Part shown: in pieces, positions 56,940-64,000 of the stretch
How positions within the stretch are numbered: the first letter of the stretch is position 1
Layout of the letters: each line of letters starts with the position of its first letter
Assembly: GCA_018657625.1 (NCBI GenBank)
Contig: JABHWU010000095.1
Location: 4,962-68,961 of the forward strand
Origin: Deltaproteobacteria bacterium
GTDB taxonomy: Bacteria > SAR324 > XYD2-FULL-50-16
Length of the DNA stretch: 64,000 nt
Direction: 5' to 3'
Program-made: the position numbers and the translations under genes
Notes under the pieces: generated by a model
What the model was told of the DNA's origin: nothing
Seen by the model: the letters and a program-made list of their open reading frames with translations, nothing else
The model's database searches: none

Positions 56940-58628
56940 ATGAATGAATTAACAGGTGCACAGAAAGGACGTGTTGCAATTCGCACTTTTAAAACAATTG
57001 CAGATTCTTTAATTTTAAGAGGAAACTATAAGCCTTCGGGCAGAACCGGACAAACATTGGAAAGAGCACTTAGGGAAATCAGTCCTGAAATATATGGCAG
57101 TATGAACGATCCCAGAAGCGTAGAATTATCCGGATTGGAATATGTACTGGATCGTTTACCTAAAGGTATCGAAAACTGCAATCGAATTATCCTGACAGCA
57201 CAGGAAGATTTGGATCATACCACCTTTGAAAAAATCGAACCGCTGAAACGTCGACGAATATCTTACAAAATGAATCAGCATGAAATATGTTTTGTGATCA
57301 CCCGTGGTGTTAGTGAGGTATACGACCTCTTAACCCATTTGACCTTTTTAAATATTGAATCAGAAAAAATATATAATCGAAGTCATGAAGAAGGTAATGA
57401 ATTAAGTTCTGTTTGGAAAAAATTGTGTGAGGCTGTGGAGTTAGACACGGAACCAGCAGAGAAGGAACTGGATCATCTCCTCTGGAGTACCAGTATTTTA
57501 CTGGGTACTACTTATCAGGAAACCCGAAAAATATATGAAAATATTGAAAAAAATAAACGGGAATTCAATAGCAACAATGGATTTTTTAAACTCATTGCCG
57601 GGTTGGGAAAAAGAGTCAAACAATCCAAACAATATGATGAAGATGCTCTGACGATCATATTTACACCAACTTTTACCGACATGGTCGGGCATCATGTTGT
57701 TAGTCGAAATTGGGCGAATCAGGTCAAACAAAAATTGTATGATCTGAATTATCACAAAAGACCGATCCATATCATCAGCGCAAATATGCATAGTGTTAAA
57801 AACACCCTTTATGCTTATGCCGCTCAGGGTAATAAATTAAAAAGTAAATCAGAAACCAGTAATTTATACCAGTTTATCAGTGAAACCAAAGATAGTACCG
57901 ATCAAATCACCAAGATAGCCAACCAAAATGGATTTACAGAAATTAAAGACGAAACAGGGGCGAATATTAATTATCAGATTATTGATTCACACGCCCTATC
58001 AAAAGTTACTTTTCATCCAAGTTTAAACCTTGATTTCAATCCTGAGAATAAGGACAATCCTGTCATTTTAGTGATGGATTATGCTTTTGGTGCTCAGGCT
58101 TTTGAACTAATGGATGAATTATTAAAACCTGAATTAAATCAGGAAAAACTCTTTCCGCAAAACATTGTCTCAATATCGATCGTAGGAAAAGCCGGTATTT
58201 TACCCGGAGAGAAAGGGGATATTATACTGGCTACCGCCCATGTGATCGAAGGGACAGCCAACAACTACATTGTTAATAATAATTTAGGTAAAGATGATTT
58301 TGATGGTTCGATTGATGTCTATGAAGGTCCAATCGTAACAGTATTAGGGACCTCACTTCAAAATAAAGATGTACTTGAAAAATTTCAAACCACCAGTTGG
58401 AAAGCTGTAGGATTGGAAATGGAAGGAGGACACTATCAAAGGGCGATTAGTGCTGCGATGATTAAAAACCATATCTCGAAAGATATCAAAATCAGGTATG
58501 CTTACTATGCTTCAGATAATCCGCTTAAAAGTGGCCAGACTTTGGCATCTGGAAGTATGGGAAAAGAGGGAATCAAACCTACTTATATGATCACTAAACT
58601 GGTTTTAGAAAAAATAATATCTGAGTAA
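56940..58628 (+). CDS. nucleosidase/phosphorylase (PNP_UDP_1 fold, AMP-nucleosidase-like) domain protein with large unknown N-terminal region
   Basis: 562 aa. The C-terminal ~190 aa carry ISIVGKAGILPGEKGDIILA, AVGLEMEGG and YYASDNPLKSGQ. These parallel the GHCGGL / DMES / SDKPLHGE blocks of AMP nucleosidase and the GSAGG / EME / SD blocks of MTA nucleosidase. The N-terminal ~370 aa have no recognisable motif. Confidence 0.6.
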   Translation: MNELTGAQKGRVAIRTFKTIADSLILRGNYKPSGRTGQTLERALREISPEIYGSMNDPRSVELSGLEYVLDRLPKGIENCNRIILTAQEDLDHTTFEKIEPLKRRRISYKMNQHEICFVITRGVSEVYDLLTHLTFLNIESEKIYNRSHEEGNELSSVWKKLCEAVELDTEPAEKELDHLLWSTSILLGTTYQETRKIYENIEKNKREFNSNNGFFKLIAGLGKRVKQSKQYDEDALTIIFTPTFTDMVGHHVVSRNWANQVKQKLYDLNYHKRPIHIISANMHSVKNTLYAYAAQGNKLKSKSETSNLYQFISETKDSTDQITKIANQNGFTEIKDETGANINYQIIDSHALSKVTFHPSLNLDFNPENKDNPVILVMDYAFGAQAFELMDELLKPELNQEKLFPQNIVSISIVGKAGILPGEKGDIILATAHVIEGTANNYIVNNNLGKDDFDGSIDVYEGPIVTVLGTSLQNKDVLEKFQTTSWKAVGLEMEGGHYQRAISAAMIKNHISKDIKIRYAYYASDNPLKSGQTLASGSMGKEGIKPTYMITKLVLEKIISE

Positions 58629-58641
58629 ACTTCGTTGATCA

Positions 58642-59958
58642 TTACTCCGATAGCCAACCCTTCTCAGCCAGTATTTTTTGCAGGGTAATTCGGTATTTAT
58701 GAGCAAGTTCTACTGGCTTTTTTCGTGGACATCGTTGCATGAAAAAAGCCATATATTTATTGGTTTCCTGGAGTGATTTTTTGTACCCTTCTTCAGAATA
58801 TGCCTGGAATAATTTTTTATATTTGATTAATAACTTAGCAATACCTAAAAAAGGGCTGATCATTGAATTTTCCTTGAACCGAAACTTCGATTGTATTAAA
58901 AATTTTTCAATGGTTTCTTTATAATCAGCATAAAGTTGAAATACAATTGAAGACAATTCACCACGAGCCTTTTCACCTTTTAAACCGGCAGCTTCGATCT
59001 GTTCTAATTCAAACTTTACCAGTTCTGAATTAATCACCCGTCTTCTTAAGACAAATTGTAGTAAACCGGTATTCATCGATTCTGCAAAATCCGGTAGCAC
59101 CTTCATAAACCCGGGTATAATGATATTCAATTCCGGTGATCGAACAATCGTTAATAAAATCTGTGTGATTAAAAAAAGTCGAATATTAGCTAAATGCATC
59201 GCTCTCGCCGATGCTTCCCCTTGAATGGTGTCCAGCGCATCTTTAATTTTATCCGGATTTAAAATCTCCCGATAAACCGTTAAATCTTTCCTTAGTAAAT
59301 CTTCATTAAATTTCAATCGATCTACTTTAATCAAGCGGTTTTCTAATTCTATTTTCAATTTTCCAACACTACCTTCCTGCCCGGGAGTTCGGTGAATAGT
59401 GCGAACCACCTGTTTTTTCCACATTTCTATATATTGATTATAAACCACAACAAACTGTCGCATATTATAAGCAGTCAGCCCATCATTCAATATTGCCTGT
59501 CCAATTTCTTTAACTACATTATGCATTTGTTCCAATGGATTGGCTGGTTTTTCTGCTAATATCAGATAATATTTTGAAATCGCATATAAAACCCTGACAT
59601 TAGGGTCATATTTATATTTTTTGTGGTAGGTGTTGGCTTTTTTAATGATCCCATCAATCTCTTTCGGCTTCATAGATACAGCCTGTTCCCGATAAAATAG
59701 TCTTTCTATGTCATTGACCAGTTCGGAAATGTCTTTTGCCAACCGTTTGAATTCAAAAAAGCCTTTTTTATAAGTAATCTTCTTAGGAAGGATTTTACGA
59801 CCGGGATACAATCGATTGATTTTTTTTAAACTTTCCAAAGCCGATTCAGTATCACGAAATGAAAGTTTGGTACCTCCCTTATCAGGGGTTTTACTCTCAA
59901 ATTTCAGTTTCTGCGGCTGGATTGATATACCTGAATTTGAACCGGAAGACATGCCCAT
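58642..59958 (-). CDS. hypothetical all-helical protein
   Basis: Long ORF convergent with the previous gene, with 13 nt between the stops. Start uncertain: ATG 59958 (MGMSSGS) is preferred over TTG 60021. No motif recognised. Confidence 0.5.
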   Translation of the reverse strand: MGMSSGSNSGISIQPQKLKFESKTPDKGGTKLSFRDTESALESLKKINRLYPGRKILPKKITYKKGFFEFKRLAKDISELVNDIERLFYREQAVSMKPKEIDGIIKKANTYHKKYKYDPNVRVLYAISKYYLILAEKPANPLEQMHNVVKEIGQAILNDGLTAYNMRQFVVVYNQYIEMWKKQVVRTIHRTPGQEGSVGKLKIELENRLIKVDRLKFNEDLLRKDLTVYREILNPDKIKDALDTIQGEASARAMHLANIRLFLITQILLTIVRSPELNIIIPGFMKVLPDFAESMNTGLLQFVLRRRVINSELVKFELEQIEAAGLKGEKARGELSSIVFQLYADYKETIEKFLIQSKFRFKENSMISPFLGIAKLLIKYKKLFQAYSEEGYKKSLQETNKYMAFFMQRCPRKKPVELAHKYRITLQKILAEKGWLSE

Positions 59959-60271
59959 TAGATATGGTATTTTATAGGTTAAGGTTGATAAACCCAAAAA
60001 AGTAAATCTCAAAATTATCAAAATCTATCCCAAATTAAGCGCTGATCGAGATATTACCCATTACTTAATGCGATAAATTATACCTGTTTACAACAACTTA
60101 GACAATATCCAAATAATCATAGACCCTAACATCTTTAAAAATCTCAAAGAGGACATCAATGAGGGCTGAATTTTAGTAGTGGATTATTTTATGATGGGAA
60201 CTGTACATACCTGAAGAAAATCCCCTTCAATATACGATCAACCAGAAGGGGATTATAAGAGGGGCTAATCC

Positions 60272-61180
60272 TTAATCAATATTCAATTTAAATTTTAAGG
60301 ACTTAAGTGTGTTGAGCATTAACATCGTAATCGTCATTGGTCCAACACCACCTGGAACAGGTGTAATGCTTCCTGCGATTTCTTTAGCCGCATCAAAATC
60401 GACATCGCCTTGTAAAATAGCAATCGTTTTGCCAGTCTTGGCACTAATCTTTTCACCAACGCGATTCACACCGACATCAATCACACAAGCACCAGGCTTA
60501 ATCCAGTCAGGTTTAACCAGGCCTGGAACACCAGCAGCTACAATCAAAATGTCAGCTCGCTTACAATGAGAAGCAAGGTCTTTAGTTCCCGTATGAACAA
60601 CGGTAACAGTCGAGTTGGCTCCTGCGCCTTTTTGAATCATCATACTGGCGATCGGCTTTCCTACAATATTAGAACGGCCAACGACAACAACTTCAGCACC
60701 TTTTGTTTCAACACCAGCCCGAACGATCATTTCCTGAATACCATATGGTGTACAAGGAGGGAACTTACAAACTTCTGGTCCGATTGAGACACGACCTACG
60801 TTTACTGGATGAAATCCATCAACGTCTTTATCGGGGTCAATCGCATTAATAATTTTGTTGTCATCAATGTGTTTTGGAAGTGGTAATTGAACCAAAATCC
60901 CATTAATAGAATCATCATTATTATATTGATCTATTAAAGCCAGTAATTCCTCTTCACTGATAGTATCTGGTTTTGACACCTGAACTTCTTTAAAACCACA
61001 TCTTAAAGCTGTCTGAATCTTAAGTGAAACATAAGATTGAGAGGCTGGACTTTCACCGACTAAAATGGTCACCAGACCTGGTACCTGACCATGTTTTTCT
61101 TTGATTTCTTTTACTTCTGCAATAATTTCAGCGAGGATTTCTTCACGGATGACCGTTCCTTTGATTAGTTTTGCTGCCAC
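60272..61180 (-). CDS. folD: bifunctional methylenetetrahydrofolate dehydrogenase/methenyl-THF cyclohydrolase
   Basis: 302 aa. GTG start with GGAG 7 nt upstream. Blocks SQSYVSLK, VQLPLPKHID, VVVGRSNIVGKP, PGGVGPMT. Confidence 0.92.
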   Translation of the reverse strand: MAAKLIKGTVIREEILAEIIAEVKEIKEKHGQVPGLVTILVGESPASQSYVSLKIQTALRCGFKEVQVSKPDTISEEELLALIDQYNNDDSINGILVQLPLPKHIDDNKIINAIDPDKDVDGFHPVNVGRVSIGPEVCKFPPCTPYGIQEMIVRAGVETKGAEVVVVGRSNIVGKPIASMMIQKGAGANSTVTVVHTGTKDLASHCKRADILIVAAGVPGLVKPDWIKPGACVIDVGVNRVGEKISAKTGKTIAILQGDVDFDAAKEIAGSITPVPGGVGPMTITMLMLNTLKSLKFKLNID

Positions 61181-61637
61181 TTTTTAACTCCTTCAATAAT
61201 GATTCCGAGATATCGCTTTATTTAAAAACGCTATCTTCATTTTTAAAATTGTATACATACACAATTTAAAGAGCATCAAAATCCATTTACTCCATTGATA
61301 ATATGTACATTTTTTTATTTGTCAACCAACTTTCTTTTTCAAGTAGTCACTTATAAATTAGATAATAAAGGGCGTCAACCAATAATTCCTTTTATCAGCT
61401 TAGACATTGTAATTTAATAGATATGAATCAATGTATTAAATCCAAAAGCCGCTTTACAACCACCTATTTTTACAGCTAATAATATTAATGACAACAACAT
61501 AAATCAATTAATTCAGAAGTCTGATTTGCTGAGTTCCTCGAAAAAGTTCCCAAATACTATCACACGAATTCCAGAACTTAGAGAGCATTTTTTATATCAG
61601 TACTGCTTGTATTTTGTAATCAATCAAATTGTTTAAT

Positions 61638-64000
61638 ATGCGGACACAATCAAATCTATCAGAATTTGGACAGGCACTTCAACGAACGCTACCTCAAGTC
61701 AATAAAAGTAGTTCAGCATATCAGCAGGTTTCAACGCTTTCGGGCGCAGCTTCAGCCTTATATTTGAACCTGTTATCGAAGCAGGATTCCCGATTAAGAT
61801 TGGTTATCACAGACACTTTTGAAACGGCAGAGCAGATCATTCAGGATTTAACACTTTTTTCTGATCCTGAAGGAATTTGTTTTTTCCCGCATTGGGATAC
61901 GCTTCCATATGACAATCAGTCTCCGGATAAAGAAGCAGTCGCTACGCGTTTTCATACTTTATCCCGACTGATCGAAAACCGCTGTCATACGGTTGTTACG
62001 ACACCTAATGCCTTAATGCAGAAAATTTTACCGGTTTCTGTGTTTAGCGATAATTGTCTGACCATAAATGTATCTGAGGTTTATAATCGTCAAGATATGG
62101 TCCAAAAACTTGTACAAATGGGCTTTGTTCGGGTTGATATGGTGGAGGAAAAAGGTGAATTTGCAGTTCGGGGAGAAATTATGGACATTTTCCCGATTAG
62201 TACGAATGATCCCGTAAGATTGGACTTTTTCGATGATGATTTGGAAAGCCTGAAATATTTTGATATTGAATCCCAGCGGTCCGGTGACTCGTTGAAAAAA
62301 GTATTGTTATCACCGGCTAAGGAGGTATTGTACTCAGATCAGGATATTCAACTGGCGCTGAGTCAACTTATCGAACTTAAAACCAATACCTTGCCAGTTA
62401 CCTATCACAGTATTAAGGAAGCTATTGAAAATAAGATGGTATTTCCAGGAATAGAAAGCTTGTTACCCCTTTTCTATCAATCCACCTGCACTGTTTTAGA
62501 CTATTTTCATGAACAACCCCAAATTGTTTTTATGGATCAGGATAAAATTGAAGAGCGATCCAAACTTTATTTTGATGAAATTGGAAACGAATATCAATAC
62601 TCTCTACATGAAGGAAATCCGACGTTAAGCCCGGATCAATTATTTTTGCCACCTGAGATATTATTTGGTAATCTAAAACAATATCAGCAGTTGAATCTGC
62701 TGAAGAGCAATCTGGACAGTGGAACACCAACTCAGATTACCACAGTGGATAATGCCGCTATCAGATCCATATCGATGGCCCCTGATAAAATCGGGCAAAG
62801 TGCTATTTATAATGTTTTAACGCAACTCAAAACCTGGAACAGCGCCGAATCTAAAATAGTCATCGCTGTCAGTTCCCGTTCAAAAGCAGATCGGCTCCGG
62901 CAAATGTTGATTGAGTTGGAAATAGATGTACCGATAGAATCTGAGGTTAATTATACAGACCGGATAGATTTTTTTACACAGATATCTTCGCTGAATAAAG
63001 GAACCTTCCTAATCATTCCACATCAGATCAGCAGCGGCTTTCGATGGGTAAACGCAGTTGGAGAAACCAAATTCACATTGATTACAGGTGAAGAAATCTT
63101 TGGTCCCCGACAGAAAAAAAGAAGAATTAAAAAATCCAACATTAAGCATTTTTTCTCTTCCTTAGGCGATTTGAAAACCGGTGATTATGTGGTGCATGTT
63201 GAGTACGGAATTGGACAGTATGAAGGATTAAAAAAAATTAGTGCCGGTAGCAGTGAATCTGATTTTTTAGTGATCACCTATCAGGGAGGTGATAAAGTTT
63301 ATGTCCCGGTTGATAAATTTCATCTGGTTCAGAAATATGCCGGAGTCGATGCCGGAGCCCCTAAAGTTAGTAAACTTGGCAATAAAACCTGGAGTAAAAC
63401 CAAATCCAAAGTTCGGGCTGAAATTGATGATATGGCGGAAGAACTGGTGAGAATTGCGGCGGAACGCAAAGCTAAAAAAGGCATTGCCTACTCACCGGAA
63501 TCAACCTCCTTAAACGAATTCGCGATGAGTTTCCCCTTTCAGGAAACTGAAGATCAGGAACAAGCCATCGCTGATGTCATGAAAGATATGGGGAATACCC
63601 CTCCTATGGATCGTCTGGTTTGTGGAGACGTTGGTTTTGGAAAAACTGAAGTCGCCATGCGAGCAGCTTACCGCGCTGCTTTGGATGGTTACCAGGTTGG
63701 TATTTTAGTCCCGACAACAATCTTAGCTCAGCAACATTATGATTCTTTCAAAAAAAGACTCGAAAACTATGCCGTTAATATAGGCCTGTTAAGTCGTTTC
63801 CAAACTCCTAAAAACATCAAAAAAACCCTGAAAGACTTGGCTGAAAAGCAAATCGATATTGTTATCGGTACCCACCGGTTACTATCAAAGGATGTCAAAT
63901 TTAGTAATTTGGGTTTGTTGGTTATCGATGAAGAACAGCGGTTTGGTGTTAAGCATAAAGAATCCATCAAACAGATAAAATCCACGGTAGACACCCTGAT
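61638..64000 (+). CDS. mfd: transcription-repair coupling factor Mfd (N-terminal ~787 codons; 3' end beyond the window)
   Basis: Not in the track because no stop lies in the window. Open frame from ATG 61638. Contains a UvrB-like N-terminal region (FFPHWDTLPYD), the CarD-like GDYVVHVEYGIGQYEG, helicase motif I GDVGFGKTEVA and motif II VIDEEQRFGV. Confidence 0.92.
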   Translation, partial: MRTQSNLSEFGQALQRTLPQVNKSSSAYQQVSTLSGAASALYLNLLSKQDSRLRLVITDTFETAEQIIQDLTLFSDPEGICFFPHWDTLPYDNQSPDKEAVATRFHTLSRLIENRCHTVVTTPNALMQKILPVSVFSDNCLTINVSEVYNRQDMVQKLVQMGFVRVDMVEEKGEFAVRGEIMDIFPISTNDPVRLDFFDDDLESLKYFDIESQRSGDSLKKVLLSPAKEVLYSDQDIQLALSQLIELKTNTLPVTYHSIKEAIENKMVFPGIESLLPLFYQSTCTVLDYFHEQPQIVFMDQDKIEERSKLYFDEIGNEYQYSLHEGNPTLSPDQLFLPPEILFGNLKQYQQLNLLKSNLDSGTPTQITTVDNAAIRSISMAPDKIGQSAIYNVLTQLKTWNSAESKIVIAVSSRSKADRLRQMLIELEIDVPIESEVNYTDRIDFFTQISSLNKGTFLIIPHQISSGFRWVNAVGETKFTLITGEEIFGPRQKKRRIKKSNIKHFFSSLGDLKTGDYVVHVEYGIGQYEGLKKISAGSSESDFLVITYQGGDKVYVPVDKFHLVQKYAGVDAGAPKVSKLGNKTWSKTKSKVRAEIDDMAEELVRIAAERKAKKGIAYSPESTSLNEFAMSFPFQETEDQEQAIADVMKDMGNTPPMDRLVCGDVGFGKTEVAMRAAYRAALDGYQVGILVPTTILAQQHYDSFKKRLENYAVNIGLLSRFQTPKNIKKTLKDLAEKQIDIVIGTHRLLSKDVKFSNLGLLVIDEEQRFGVKHKESIKQIKSTVDTL

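Overview
This 64-kb chromosomal window comes from an AT-rich bacterium; most blocks I hand-counted sit near one-third G+C. The organism is flagellated, uses sigma-54 and decodes UGA as selenocysteine. Its gene content includes a tungsten-type aldehyde:ferredoxin oxidoreductase module, sucCD with an LDH-like malate dehydrogenase, a Sec-containing SelD and an Rdx selenoprotein. This fits an anaerobic Desulfobacterota-like organism, but taxonomy cannot be proven from the window.

About 50 protein genes are credible:
- **Motility:** motAB, flaG.
- **Housekeeping and central metabolism:** mnmE, adenine deaminase, sucCD-mdh, aat, dapF, a ClC channel, folD and a partial mfd.
- **Envelope:** a glycan or lipid A modification cluster, and gmd-rmd.
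- **Selenium:** selD.

No rRNA, tRNA, CRISPR array, intact IS element or prophage was recognised.

The points most worth a second look are:
1. A sigma-54/PAS-regulated operon joins a small membrane protein, an NCS1 permease and an AorABC-like tungsten aldehyde oxidoreductase set. It has a candidate -24/-12 promoter and two upstream ATGACA-N4-TGTCAT palindromes.
2. Two selenoprotein genes are invisible or truncated in a standard ORF track: an Rdx/SelW-like CxxU protein, and SelD with a SECIS-like hairpin.
3. An accessory island abuts the 3' end of mnmE. Three copies of one AAA-ATPase 5' end frame two VapC toxin-antitoxin pairs, followed by a full ATPase/PD-(D/E)xK gene and a strongly GC-rich FGE-sulfatase-fold gene.
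4. An orphan 562-aa protein has an AMP/ATP-nucleosidase-like (PNP fold) C-terminal domain and a large unknown N-terminal region.
5. At least five families of short dispersed repeats occupy many intergenic regions. They include a tandemly amplified MITE-like unit and GTAG-headed REP-like hairpins.
6. Several genes are decayed: a chemoreceptor with two CxxCH motifs, a pirin, a redoxin stub and the ATPase stubs.
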